Source: Burkholderiaceae bacterium (GTDB taxonomy: Bacteria; Pseudomonadota; Gammaproteobacteria; Burkholderiales; Burkholderiaceae_E). From it: a stretch of DNA of 64,000 nucleotides. Position 1 is the first letter of the stretch. Each line of letters opens with the position of its first letter. Under the pieces are notes generated by a model that saw only the letters and a program-made list of their open reading frames with translations, was not told the origin of the DNA and made no database searches. The stretch covers positions 2,464-66,463 of the forward strand of contig JAGXFR010000060.1 of assembly GCA_024637155.1 (NCBI GenBank), read 5' to 3'. Shown here in pieces: positions 16,819 through 26,456 of the stretch. A program made the translations under genes and the position numbers.

Positions 16819-18207
16819 CTAGAGTACCTTGACCAGCACCTGGGAGCGGCGCTGCCAGTCGTAGGAGGCGCGCCGGCTCTCGGGAAGGTCGTCGTCGACC
16901 GATCCCGGGCGAAATCCGCGCTTGAGGAACCAGTGCATTGTGCGCGTGGTGAGCGCGAACAGACGAGTGAGTCCGGCCGCGCGCGCGCGCTGCTCGAGGT
17001 GGCGCAGCAGGCGCTCGCCGTCGCCCTGCGTCTGCGCGCCGCTGCTCACCGCCAGGCAGGCCATCTCGCCGATGCGCTCGGGGGCAAACATCTGCAGCGA
17101 CGCACAACCGAAAATCACCCCGTCGTGCTCGATGACGCTGAAGCTCTCGATGTCGCGCTCGATCTGCGCGTGGTCGCGCCGCACCAGCGTGCCGTCTTCC
17201 TCGAGGGGACGAATGATCGCGAGGATTCCGCCAAGGTCGTCGATGGTCGCCTCGCGCAGCGCCTCGAGCGTCTCCTCGACGAGCATCGTGCCGACGCCGT
17301 CGTGACGAAACAGCTCGAGCAGCACGCTGCCGTCGATCTGGTACGGAATGATGTGCGCGCGCGCGACGCCGCCGTCGCATGCCCGCAGCGCGTGGCGCAG
17401 GTAGCACGCACTGTCCTCGTCCAGGAGGCCCTCTTCGAGCACCCTGCGCGCCTGCATTTCGGAGATTTCGCCAAGCACCGCGCCGTCGCGTCCGACGATG
17501 CCCGGCAGCTGCGTGACGAAAATCAGCTTGTCGGCGTCGATCGCAATGGCCGTGGCGGCGGCGACATCCTCCATCGTCAGGTTGAAGGCTTCGCCGGTGG
17601 GCGAGAAGCCCAGCGGCGACACCAGCACCACCGCGCCGCTTTGCAGCGCGAAGCGCAGCGACTGCGCGTCGACCTTGCGCGCGACGCCCGTGTGCTGGTG
17701 ATCGACCCCGTCGACGATGCCAAGCGGACGCGCCGTGACGAAATTGCCCGAGATCACGCGCACCGTCGAATGGGCCATCGGCGTGTTGGGCAGGCCCTGC
17801 GAGAACGCGGCTTCGATGTCGAGCCGGATCTCGCCGGAGGCTTCCTTCGCGCATTCGAGCGCAATGGCGTCGGTGACGCGCAGTCCCTTGGCGTAGGCTG
17901 CCTCGGCGCCGCGCAGGCGCAGCTGCTCAATCACCTGCGGGCGCGAGCCGTGCACCACGACGATACGCATGCCCATCGCGTTGAGCAGACTCAGGTCGTG
18001 GACCAGCGTGTTGAGCTTGCCGGCCTGGATCAGCTCGCCGGCGATCGCGACGACGAAGGTCTTGCCGCGAAACGCGTGGATATAGGGTGCGACCGCGCGC
18101 AGCCAGGTGACGAACTGGTCGCGCTCGTCAACGGTTTCGCCGCTCGGGTCGAGGCCCGGGCGGCCCTGCGGGGTCGGCGCGTGCATGGCGGGCTCGGTAG
18201 GTTCCAT
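16819..18207 (-). CDS. argA: Amino-acid N-acetyltransferase (N-acetylglutamate synthase)
   Basis: [27 protein letters not shown] and [12 protein letters not shown] (amino-acid kinase fold) plus a C-terminal GNAT domain. The start could be 18207 (MEPTEP), 18231 or 18186. Confidence 0.85.
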   Translation of the reverse strand: MEPTEPAMHAPTPQGRPGLDPSGETVDERDQFVTWLRAVAPYIHAFRGKTFVVAIAGELIQAGKLNTLVHDLSLLNAMGMRIVVVHGSRPQVIEQLRLRGAEAAYAKGLRVTDAIALECAKEASGEIRLDIEAAFSQGLPNTPMAHSTVRVISGNFVTARPLGIVDGVDHQHTGVARKVDAQSLRFALQSGAVVLVSPLGFSPTGEAFNLTMEDVAAATAIAIDADKLIFVTQLPGIVGRDGAVLGEISEMQARRVLEEGLLDEDSACYLRHALRACDGGVARAHIIPYQIDGSVLLELFRHDGVGTMLVEETLEALREATIDDLGGILAIIRPLEEDGTLVRRDHAQIERDIESFSVIEHDGVIFGCASLQMFAPERIGEMACLAVSSGAQTQGDGERLLRHLEQRARAAGLTRLFALTTRTMHWFLKRGFRPGSVDDDLPESRRASYDWQRRSQVLVKVL

Positions 18208-18229
18208 CGGCTCATTATAATTACAGGTC

Positions 18230-21200
18230 ATGACCACACCACCATCCGCGCAACGCGGGCGCCGCGGTGCGCGGGAAGGTGGTGCACGCCGCCGCGAACC
18301 CGCCGTTTTCGCCCCGGCGCCGCTCCCCGAGCTGCGTTTCCCCGAGGAACTGCCGGTCAGCCGGCAGCGCGAAGCGATCGCGGCTGCCATTCGCGCCCAC
18401 CCGGTGGTGATCGTATGCGGTGAGACCGGCTCGGGCAAGACCACCCAGCTGCCCAAGATCTGCCTGCTCGCCGGGCGGGCGCGTTCCGGGCTGATCGGGC
18501 ACACGCAGCCGCGCCGTCTTGCAGCCACTTCGGTGGCACGCCGCATCGCGCAGGAGATCGGCACGCCGCTGGGCACACACGTCGGGTTCAAGATCCGCTT
18601 CGGGGAGACGATTGCGCCGGGCGCGTCGATCAAGCTGATGACCGACGGCATCTTGCTGGCCGAGACGCTCGCGGATCCGCTGCTCGCGCGCTACGACACG
18701 CTGATCATCGACGAGGCACACGAGCGCAGCCTCAATATCGATTTTCTGCTGGGTTACGTGCGCCAGTTGCTCGATGGTCCCCGGCGCGACGACCTGCGGG
18801 TCGTGATCACCTCCGCGACGATCGATGCCCAACGCTTCGCCAACCACTTCGCGAACCAGGGCGTTCCCGCCCCGGTGATCGAGGTCTCGGGGCGACTGTT
18901 CCCGGTGGAGATCCGTTACCAGCCGGCGCTGCCCGGTGCCGCCGCGGCGGCCAGCGCCGGCGCGCCCGGTGTGCGCCGCCGCGACGATGACGACGAGACC
19001 GATCTGCCGGGACAGATCGAGGACGCCATCGATCAGCTCTGGCGCGAAGCGCCCGGGGACGTGCTGGTCTTCCTGCCGGGCGAGCGGGAAATCCGGGACG
19101 TCGCGCAACACCTGCGTCGTGCCTATGGCCTGGATCCGGGGCAGCGCGCCGGCGCGCGGGCACGCGGCCCGCTGGAGATCCTGCCCCTCTTCGCGCGCCT
19201 GCCGGCCGCGGAACAGCAGCGCATCTTCGCGCCCTCGAACGGACGCCGCATCGTGCTTGCGACGAACGTCGCCGAGACCTCGCTGACCGTTCCCGGCATC
19301 CGCTGCGTGGTCGATGCCGGGATCGCGCGGGTCAAGCGTTACCGGCTGCGCGGCAAGGTCGAGCAGTTGCAGATCGAGCCGATTTCGCAGGCGGCGGCGA
19401 ACCAGCGGGCCGGGCGTTGCGGGCGGGTGATGGGCGGGGTGTGCATCCGGCTCTACGACGAGGCGGATTTCGCGCGCCGGCCGCGCTTCACCGATCCCGA
19501 GATCCTGCGCTCGTCGCTTGCCGGCGTGATCCTGCGCATGAAGGCGCTGCGGCTCGGCGAGGTCGACCAGTTCCCGTTCCTCGATCCGCCCTCGGGACGC
19601 GCGCTCGCCGACGGATTCGCCCTGCTGCGCGAACTTCACGCGCTTGACGACGCCAACCAGCTCACCGATACCGGACGCCAGCTCGCGCGTCTGCCGCTCG
19701 ACCCGCGCGTGGCGCGCATGCTGCTGGCTGGCCACGAGCTCGGTTCGCTGCGCGAGGTGCTGGTGATCGCCGCAGCCCTCTCGATCCAGGATCCGCGCGA
19801 GCGTCCGATCGAGCGGCAGCAGGCGGCCGACCAGGCGCACCGGCGTTTCGCCGACGAGAAGTCGGATTTCGGCGCGCTGATCCGCCTCTGGGACTACTGG
19901 CAGCAGGCGCAGGCGGAGAAGGAATCCAACCGCGCGATCACCAGCCGGCTCGAGCGCGAGTTCCTGTCCGCGCGGCGGCTGCGCGAGTGGGCCGACGTGC
20001 ACGCGCAGCTCACCGACGCGGTGCGCGAGCTGCGCTGGCGGGTCCACGACACCGCCTGCGGACACGAAGCGCTGCATCGTGCGCTGCTCACCGGTCTGCT
20101 CGGGAATCTCGGCTGCAAGGCCCCCGACGAGCCGGTCTACGCGGGCACGCACGAGACGCGCTTCACGATCCATCCCTCGTCGACGCTCTCGCGCAAGCCA
20201 CCGCGCTGGCTGATGGCCGCGGAAATGGTCGACACGCACCGGCTCTACGCGCGCAGCGTCGCACGCATCGAGCCGGAATGGATCGAGAGTGCCGGCGCGC
20301 ACCTGCTCCAGCGCAACTGGTCGGATCCGCGGTGGTCCAAGGACGCCGGACAGGTGGTCGCCAGCGAGCGCGGGATGCTCTACGGGTTGGTGATCTACGC
20401 GCAGCGCCGGGTCGATTACGCGGGCCGGGATCCGGTCGGTGCGCGCCAGGTGCTGATCCGCGAGGCGCTGGTGGGCGGCGACTGGATGACCGGGGATGAA
20501 GCCCGGCGCCTGCCCTTCCTGGGCCACAACCGCAAGCTGATGGCCGAGATCGAGAAGCTCGAGCACAAAATCCGCCGCCCCGAACTGCTCGTCGATGAGG
20601 AATTCCTGTTCGAGTGGTTCGACGCGCGCATTCCCGCCGACGTGGTCTCGGGGCAGATGCTGGAGCAATGGTACCGGCGCGCGGTGCACGAGAACCCGCA
20701 GCTGCTGATGCTCGCGCGCGAGGAACTGCTGCGCAAGGACGCCGAGGGCGTGTCCAGCGAGGCGTTTCCGCGCCACCTGGGCATGCGCTCCGCAGGCTTC
20801 GACCTGGATTATCACTTCGAGCCCGGCGCCGACGATGACGGAGTGACGATGGTCGTGCCGCTGGCGCTGCTCAACCAGATCGACGCGCAGCGCTGCGAGT
20901 GGCTGGTGCCCGGCATGCTGCGTGACAAGGTCGCCGCCGTGCTGCGCTCACTGGCCCCGAAGTTGCGCCGCCACATCGTGCCGATCGCCGACACCGCGCA
21001 GGACTTCGCCGCCCGCTGGCAGGAACGCGCGGGCGAGCAGGCGCTGCTCGACGCGCTGATCGTGGACCTGCGCGAACAGCATTCGGTGCGCGCCGCGCCG
21101 ACCGATTTCCGACTCGAGACCTTGCCGGCGCATCTGCTGATGAACTACCGGCTGGTCGAAGCGCACGGGCGCCACATCGCGCAGTCGCGCAATCTCGCGC

Positions 21201-22246
21201 AATTGCGCGCCGATCACGGAGAGCGCGCGCGCGGGGCATTTCAGCAGGAGCTCGCCGGCGCGGCCCGGCAGCTGGGGCCGCGCGCATCGGCCGCGCAATC
21301 GGCCCCATCCGCGCACGCGATCGCCGGCACGTCCGCTGCCGCCAACGCGCCCTCTGCTGCCTGCGCCACGCCGCCGCCGACTCCCGGCGTCCGGCATACG
21401 AGCTGGAGCTTCGGCGAGCTTCCCGAGTTGCTCGAGATTCCGATGGCGGGCGCACGCGCGGGCGAGACCCTGATCGGCTACCCGGGGCTCGTCGACGACG
21501 GGGACGCGGTCGAAGTACAGGTCTTCGATGATCCCGGGCAGGCCGCCGCGGCCCATCGCGCGGGCGTTCGCCGGCTCTTCGCGCTGGCCCTGCGCGAGCC
21601 GCTGCGTTACTTCGAGGGCGGGATATCCGGTTTCCAGCAGCTTTCCGTCGCGTATGCCGCGTTTGGTGACGCGGGCGCGCTGCGCGCCGAGCTCGTCGCG
21701 GCGTTGCTGGAGCGCGCCTGCATGGAGGAGCCGCTGCCTGCTGACGGGGAAGGGTTCGCGGCGCGCGTGGCGCAGGCGCGGCCACGCCTGAACCTGATCG
21801 GGCAGGAACTCGTGCGCCAGCTCACGGCGACGCTCGCCGAGCGGGCCGCGGTGATGAAGAAGCTCGCTGGCGCACGCGCGTTCGCGCAGGCCCACGCCGA
21901 CGTCGAAGAGCAGCTGGCGGGATTGCTGCCGCGCGGCTTCGTCGCCCGCACGCCGAAGGCTTGTTGGCCGCACCTCCCGCGCTTCCTGCAAGCCATCGGG
22001 ATGCGGCTCGACAAGCTGCGCGAGGATCCCGAACGGGACGCGCAGCGACTGGCCGAGCTGTCCCCGCTGCTCGCGCAGTGCCGCCGCCTGACCGTGGCGC
22101 GCCGCGGCCAGCATGACCCACGGCTCGAGGAGTTCCGCTGGCTGCTCGAGGAACTGCGCGTGTCGCTGTTCGCGCAGAAGTTGCGCACCGCGGTGCCCGT
22201 GTCGGTGAAGCGGCTGCACAAGGCGGCGCAGGCGCTCGCCTCCTGA
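18230..22246 (+). CDS. hrpA: ATP-dependent RNA helicase HrpA (DEAH box)
   Basis: 1338 aa with CGETGSGKTTQLPK, IIDEAHERSLNIDF and TNVAETSLTVPGI, plus the long HrpA C-terminal extension. Confidence 0.9.
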   Translation: MTTPPSAQRGRRGAREGGARRREPAVFAPAPLPELRFPEELPVSRQREAIAAAIRAHPVVIVCGETGSGKTTQLPKICLLAGRARSGLIGHTQPRRLAATSVARRIAQEIGTPLGTHVGFKIRFGETIAPGASIKLMTDGILLAETLADPLLARYDTLIIDEAHERSLNIDFLLGYVRQLLDGPRRDDLRVVITSATIDAQRFANHFANQGVPAPVIEVSGRLFPVEIRYQPALPGAAAAASAGAPGVRRRDDDDETDLPGQIEDAIDQLWREAPGDVLVFLPGEREIRDVAQHLRRAYGLDPGQRAGARARGPLEILPLFARLPAAEQQRIFAPSNGRRIVLATNVAETSLTVPGIRCVVDAGIARVKRYRLRGKVEQLQIEPISQAAANQRAGRCGRVMGGVCIRLYDEADFARRPRFTDPEILRSSLAGVILRMKALRLGEVDQFPFLDPPSGRALADGFALLRELHALDDANQLTDTGRQLARLPLDPRVARMLLAGHELGSLREVLVIAAALSIQDPRERPIERQQAADQAHRRFADEKSDFGALIRLWDYWQQAQAEKESNRAITSRLEREFLSARRLREWADVHAQLTDAVRELRWRVHDTACGHEALHRALLTGLLGNLGCKAPDEPVYAGTHETRFTIHPSSTLSRKPPRWLMAAEMVDTHRLYARSVARIEPEWIESAGAHLLQRNWSDPRWSKDAGQVVASERGMLYGLVIYAQRRVDYAGRDPVGARQVLIREALVGGDWMTGDEARRLPFLGHNRKLMAEIEKLEHKIRRPELLVDEEFLFEWFDARIPADVVSGQMLEQWYRRAVHENPQLLMLAREELLRKDAEGVSSEAFPRHLGMRSAGFDLDYHFEPGADDDGVTMVVPLALLNQIDAQRCEWLVPGMLRDKVAAVLRSLAPKLRRHIVPIADTAQDFAARWQERAGEQALLDALIVDLREQHSVRAAPTDFRLETLPAHLLMNYRLVEAHGRHIAQSRNLAQLRADHGERARGAFQQELAGAARQLGPRASAAQSAPSAHAIAGTSAAANAPSAACATPPPTPGVRHTSWSFGELPELLEIPMAGARAGETLIGYPGLVDDGDAVEVQVFDDPGQAAAAHRAGVRRLFALALREPLRYFEGGISGFQQLSVAYAAFGDAGALRAELVAALLERACMEEPLPADGEGFAARVAQARPRLNLIGQELVRQLTATLAERAAVMKKLAGARAFAQAHADVEEQLAGLLPRGFVARTPKACWPHLPRFLQAIGMRLDKLREDPERDAQRLAELSPLLAQCRRLTVARRGQHDPRLEEFRWLLEELRVSLFAQKLRTAVPVSVKRLHKAAQALAS

Positions 22247-22261
22247 ACGCCGCGCCGGCCG

Positions 22262-22762
22262 TCAGTCCCGGCCGGAATCGTCCCGCGGCCGGGCGAGCGG
22301 GGTCATCACCAGCGGCGAGCGAATCTTTGCATCCGGGCCCGATACGGTGCCCGGTCGGAACCGCGACTCGAAATGCGGAGCGGCGAGTCGGACGAAGCTC
22401 GAGAGCTTCTGGCTGATGGCCACCTGCTGGGGCGCGGCCGCCGCCGCAATCTCGAAAAGCGCCTCGATCGAACCCTCGGTGAATCCCGCGAGGCTGGTCG
22501 CAACGGTCGCCCGCGACCGGATTCCCTGCGCGAGCCCGGCGCTGACCACGAGGCCTTCCTGTTCGGCGATCTCGAGCGTGTCGCTGAGCAGGCTCAGCGC
22601 GCTCGCGAGGTCGGGGAAATGCACGAGCAGCTGCAGGCTCTCGCGATGGATGGTGGCGGCCCCCAGCACGGGGAGCCGGGATTCGAAGATGTCGCACGCG
22701 GCGATCGCGTAGCGCGGCCCGGATTTCCCGGGCACGAAGCGGATCAGGCAGAGGAAGTTCAC
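22262..22762 (-). CDS. Hypothetical protein
   Basis: The C-terminal ~166 codons of ORF 22262..23518 have balanced composition and high GC3. The upstream part of that ORF is antisense to the next gene. There is no in-frame ATG, so a GTG at 22762 (or 22798) is assumed. No family recognised. Confidence 0.45.
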   Translation of the reverse strand: MNFLCLIRFVPGKSGPRYAIAACDIFESRLPVLGAATIHRESLQLLVHFPDLASALSLLSDTLEIAEQEGLVVSAGLAQGIRSRATVATSLAGFTEGSIEALFEIAAAAAPQQVAISQKLSSFVRLAAPHFESRFRPGTVSGPDAKIRSPLVMTPLARPRDDSGRD

Positions 22763-22813
22763 GGTTGCGATTATGGCCCCCTCGGGGCTCGTGTGCACGC
22801 CGCGCTGCGCGGT

Positions 22814-23584
22814 ATGATGGCCGCCATGGAACGAGCCCTCACCGCAATGTGGCGCGGCATCGTCAGTCAGGTTCATCCTGCGATGCTGGGCCTGTTGGTC
22901 ATCCCCTTCGTGGTCGCGATCGTCTTCTGGGTCGCCATCGCGTGGTTCGCATGGGATCCGCTGCTCGCCTGGCTGCGCGGGGCGACTTTCGGCGCCGATG
23001 GGGTGATGCACTGGATTGACGCGCAGGCGCTGCGATTCGGATTCGAGGGGTTGCAGGGTGTGGTCGTCTTCGTGATGGCGCTGCTGTTGCTGCTGCCGAT
23101 GCCCTTCGTCACCGCGCTCGTGGTGATCGGCGTGCTGGTCATGCCGGTGGTCAACCGCCACCTTGGCCAGCGCGCCTACCCGGATGTGGCGCGTCACGGC
23201 TCGTGGTCGGTGTCCGCGAGCGTCTGGAACGCCTTCTCCAGCGTGGCGATCTTCATCGTCGGCTATCTCGTAACGCTGCCGCTGTGGCTGATTCCGCCGC
23301 TGGCTTTCGTGATCCCCTGGCTGTGGTGGAGCTGGCTCACGGCGCGGATCATGCGCTTCGACAGCCTCGTCGAGCATGCGGATCCCGCCGAGCGCCGCGA
23401 ACTGATCGCCCGCTATCGGCGCAGTGCCTTCGTGCTCGCCATGATGGTGACGTCGCTCAACTACGTGCCGCCGCTGTTCCTGCTCACGCCCGTTCTCTCG
23501 GCGCTGGTCTTCGTGCATTTCTCGCTGACGGCCCTGCGCGAAAGCCGGGGAGACGGGAGCCTGCCGCGGGTGGTCGCGCCCTGA
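22814..23584 (+). CDS. EI24/CysZ-like integral membrane protein
   Basis: About 256 aa with multiple TM helices (LLVIPFVVAIVFWVAIAWFAW, VVFVMALLLLLPMPFVTALVVIGVLV, LPLWLIPPLAFVIPWLWWSWL). The family assignment is from memory of similar Burkholderiales proteins. Confidence 0.5.
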   Translation: MMAAMERALTAMWRGIVSQVHPAMLGLLVIPFVVAIVFWVAIAWFAWDPLLAWLRGATFGADGVMHWIDAQALRFGFEGLQGVVVFVMALLLLLPMPFVTALVVIGVLVMPVVNRHLGQRAYPDVARHGSWSVSASVWNAFSSVAIFIVGYLVTLPLWLIPPLAFVIPWLWWSWLTARIMRFDSLVEHADPAERRELIARYRRSAFVLAMMVTSLNYVPPLFLLTPVLSALVFVHFSLTALRESRGDGSLPRVVAP

Positions 23585-23708
23585 GGCAGCACGGATTCAG
23601 CGCAGCCAGCCGGCACGATGTCGTCCCACGGCGCGCGAGCGCATCCGCCGCACGCGACGCGCCGCGCGCCGGCGGCTATCATCGTGCCGGATTCAGAGAA
23701 TCGGGGAG

Positions 23709-24518
23709 ATGAAAAGCGCCATGGAATTCGGATTGATCATCATCGGGGACGAGATTCTTTCGGGCAAGCGCGCCGACAAGCACTTCGCGACGGTCGTCGA
23801 ATTGCTTGGCGCCCGCGGGTTGCGGCTGGCCTGGACGCAGATCCTCGGTGACGATCGTGATCGGCTGGTGGCATTGCTGCGCAGCACCTTCGCCGCGGGG
23901 GACGCGGTCTTCTCGTGCGGCGGAATCGGCGCCACGCCCGACGACCATACCCGCCAGGCAGCGGCCGCGGCGCTCGGGCTGGAGCTCGCGCTGCACCCGG
24001 AAGCCGAGCGGATGATCGCGATCCGCTGCGCCGAGCTCGCCGCGATCGGGAGGGGGGTTGCCGACATGAACGCCCCCGAGAATCGCCACCGGCTGCACAT
24101 GGGCGAGTTTCCGATCGGCGCCGAGATCGTTCCCAATCCCTACAACAAGATCCCCGGTTTCTCGATCGGCGACCACCACTTCGTGCCCGGCTTCCCGGTG
24201 ATGGCCTGGCCGATGATCGAAGGGGTGCTGGATTCGCGCTATCGGCATCTGTTCCATCGCGAGCCGCGCGTCGAACGCTCGGCTCTCGTCTACGGGACAC
24301 CCGAGTCGGCCGTGACGCCGCTGATGGAAGCGCTCGAGGTGGAATTCGCCGGCGCGCGCGTCTTCAGCCTGCCGTCGGTGGGCGAGGATGGCCGGCGTCA
24401 GCACATCGAGATCGGCGTGAAGGCCGCGCCCGAGCGGATCGAGGAGGCTTTCGCCCGCCTGCTCTCAGGTTTGCGCGAGATGGGGGTGGAACTCGAACTT
24501 GTGCCACCGGCGCCCTGA
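23709..24518 (+). CDS. Molybdopterin-binding (MoCF-biosynthesis/CinA N-terminal-like) domain protein
   Basis: FGLIIIGDEILSGKRADKHF and FSCGGIGATPDDHTRQAAA motifs. Confidence 0.75.
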   Translation: MKSAMEFGLIIIGDEILSGKRADKHFATVVELLGARGLRLAWTQILGDDRDRLVALLRSTFAAGDAVFSCGGIGATPDDHTRQAAAAALGLELALHPEAERMIAIRCAELAAIGRGVADMNAPENRHRLHMGEFPIGAEIVPNPYNKIPGFSIGDHHFVPGFPVMAWPMIEGVLDSRYRHLFHREPRVERSALVYGTPESAVTPLMEALEVEFAGARVFSLPSVGEDGRRQHIEIGVKAAPERIEEAFARLLSGLREMGVELELVPPAP

Positions 24519-24584
24519 AGGGCGGGCGCGCGCGTGGAGGGCTCAGGCAGCCGGGGCGTGTCGCACGGTGCGGCGCAAAGTAAA

Positions 24585-24612
24585 ACGGCCCGGCTCTTGC
24601 GAGCCGGGCCGT
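24585..24612 (-). terminator. Intrinsic terminator hairpin downstream of the phasin gene (possibly bidirectional)
   Basis: ACGGCCCGGCTC-TTGC-GAGCCGGGCCGT gives a 12-bp GC-rich stem. On the minus strand it is followed by TTTTACTTT. Confidence 0.65.
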
Positions 24613-24677
24613 ACAGCGCTACCGGGAAATCTGGGAGGAGGCCCCGGAGGCGCTCGGCGCAGGAGAGGCGTTGCCGC

Positions 24678-25214
24678 TCAGGCCGCTTTCTTGCCGCGGG
24701 GCGTCACGTTCTTGGTGGCGGCTTCGAGGTTCGACTCGGCGAGCTCAACAGCTTGCTTGGTCGCCTTGTTCACCTGGTCCACCGCAGCGTTCGCTGCGGT
24801 AACCGCGGTGCGAACGAGGGTGATCACGCCTTCCGAACCGGCGGGGGCCGTCTTGGCCATCGCGTCGATCGCCGATTGCACCTGCTTGTTGCCTTCGGCG
24901 TATTGCTTATCGCCCAGCTTGGCAAGCTCAGCACCCGTCGCGCTGGTGATTTCATAGACGTGGCGGGCATAGGCGGCGAACTGGTCGGCGCGCGGCTGCA
25001 CGGATTTGGTGGCCAGGTCGGCAAGCGACTTGGCGTCCTGCGCCGACATCATCGTGCGGGCCTGCTCGGTGGCCTCTTCGATCGAGGCGCGGAATGCCTG
25101 GAGGTTGAGTTCGGCCAGTTTCTCGAAACCGTCGATCGACTTCATCGTGGCGGTCTGGAGGGACTCGAAAAGGTTCTTCTGGATCTGGGTCAGTTGTTCC
25201 GTGTTCTGGATCAT
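24678..25214 (-). CDS. phaP: Phasin (PHA granule-associated protein)
   Basis: 178 aa, alanine/glutamine-rich and helical. QKNLFESLQTATMKSIDGFEKLAELNLQAFRASIEE is typical of the betaproteobacterial phasin family. Strong terminator downstream and an AT-rich upstream region. Confidence 0.85.
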   Translation of the reverse strand: MIQNTEQLTQIQKNLFESLQTATMKSIDGFEKLAELNLQAFRASIEEATEQARTMMSAQDAKSLADLATKSVQPRADQFAAYARHVYEITSATGAELAKLGDKQYAEGNKQVQSAIDAMAKTAPAGSEGVITLVRTAVTAANAAVDQVNKATKQAVELAESNLEAATKNVTPRGKKAA

Positions 25215-25317
25215 GGTGTTGCTCCTTGCGGGGGTTCAGATGGGTTTTGCGTCGTCAATGGTGCGTCGCAACAATTCACATTCTACGGATCGTCGCCCAG
25301 ATGTCAAGAACTTTTTG

Positions 25318-25341
25318 GTGCAGTGCGTCATTTTTCTGCAC
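25318..25341. promoter_or_regulatory. Inverted repeat GTGCAG-N12-CTGCAC in the AT-rich phasin upstream region (candidate PhaR-type operator)
   Basis: Perfect 6-bp half sites about 105-125 nt upstream of the phasin ATG, in the only AT-rich stretch of this neighbourhood. Confidence 0.3.
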
Positions 25342-25531
25342 TTCCCCCGATGAAATTTTCTAACGCGTTGTATTATAAAGGAAAAGGAATTCGTTTCACA
25401 AGGATTCCCATTCCATTTCCGGGCGCGACAGCGGCCCGGAAGCGAGGTGGTCGGGGCGAGTGCCGGTCGCTGCGGTGCGCAAAGCCGAGCGGGCACACCC
25501 GCGTACGCCACGGCGGCGAGGCGGCCCGGTG

Positions 25532-26404
25532 ATGGGCGCGCCGGGCACGCAGGCATGGCTCGTCCGGGTGGCGCCGGCGCTCTTCGTGGTGCTGTGGGCG
25601 ACCGGTTTCGTGGTGGCCAAATTCGGTCTTCCATACGCTGCACCCCTGTCGTTCCTGACCGTGCGCTTCCTGCTCACGCTCGCCGTGCTGCTTCCGCTCA
25701 TCCTGTTCGCGCACGCGGCGTGGCCGAACCGGCGCGACGCCGGCCTGCTGGTGGTTTCCGGAATCCTCGTGCACGCGGGCTATCTCGGGGGCGTCTGGTG
25801 CGCGATCGAGATCGGCATGCCGGCCGGCGTCTCGGCGCTGATCGTCAACCTCCAGCCGATCGTCACCGCGGGATTCAGCACTTGGCTCAGCGAGCGCGTG
25901 AGCGTGCGCCAGTGGTTCGGACTGGTGCTGGGACTCGGCGGGGTGATGATGGTCGTCGCGCACTGGTTCACGACTGCGGGGCTGTCGTGGGCCAGTCTGG
26001 CACTCAGCGTGATGGCGCTGCTGGCGATCACGGTCGGAACCGTCTTTCAGAAGAAGCACGTCGCTTCCTTCGACCTGCGCACCGGCACCTTCATCCAGTA
26101 CGCCGCGTCGCTGGCCGTGATTGCGCCGCTCGCGTGGTGGCTCGAGGACGAGCCCTTCCAGTGGGGCGGCGAGCTCATTTTCGCACTGGCCTGGTCGGTC
26201 TTTGCGCTGTCGATCGGCGCGATCTTCCTGATGTTCGGACTCTACCGGCGCGGCGCCGCGACGCGGGTCGCGAGCCTCTTCTACCTGGTCCCGCCGTGCA
26301 CGGTGCTGATGATCTGGCTGCTCTTCGGCGAGGCCCCGGGGTGGTTTGCTATGATCGGCATGGGCGTTACGGCCGTCGGGGTCGCGCTCGTGCAACGGAA
26401 GTGA
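25532..26404 (+). CDS. DMT-superfamily (EamA-like) transporter
   Basis: Start taken at MGAPGTQAW. About 10 TM helices in two EamA-like halves (ALFVVLWATGFVVAKFGL...). Confidence 0.75.
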   Translation: MGAPGTQAWLVRVAPALFVVLWATGFVVAKFGLPYAAPLSFLTVRFLLTLAVLLPLILFAHAAWPNRRDAGLLVVSGILVHAGYLGGVWCAIEIGMPAGVSALIVNLQPIVTAGFSTWLSERVSVRQWFGLVLGLGGVMMVVAHWFTTAGLSWASLALSVMALLAITVGTVFQKKHVASFDLRTGTFIQYAASLAVIAPLAWWLEDEPFQWGGELIFALAWSVFALSIGAIFLMFGLYRRGAATRVASLFYLVPPCTVLMIWLLFGEAPGWFAMIGMGVTAVGVALVQRK

Positions 26405-26456
26405 AGCGGCGCCGGACATACGTCCCGGCGCGTCGCGCTCGCCAGCGAGGATCGCA

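Noticed and set aside
22373-22813. N-terminal extension of the EI24-like gene (ORF track start 22373)
   Set aside because: The upstream 147 codons are charged and R/E-rich with no TM segments, and they are antisense to a better-looking minus-strand coding region. The start is moved to the MMAAMERAL cluster at 22814-22826.
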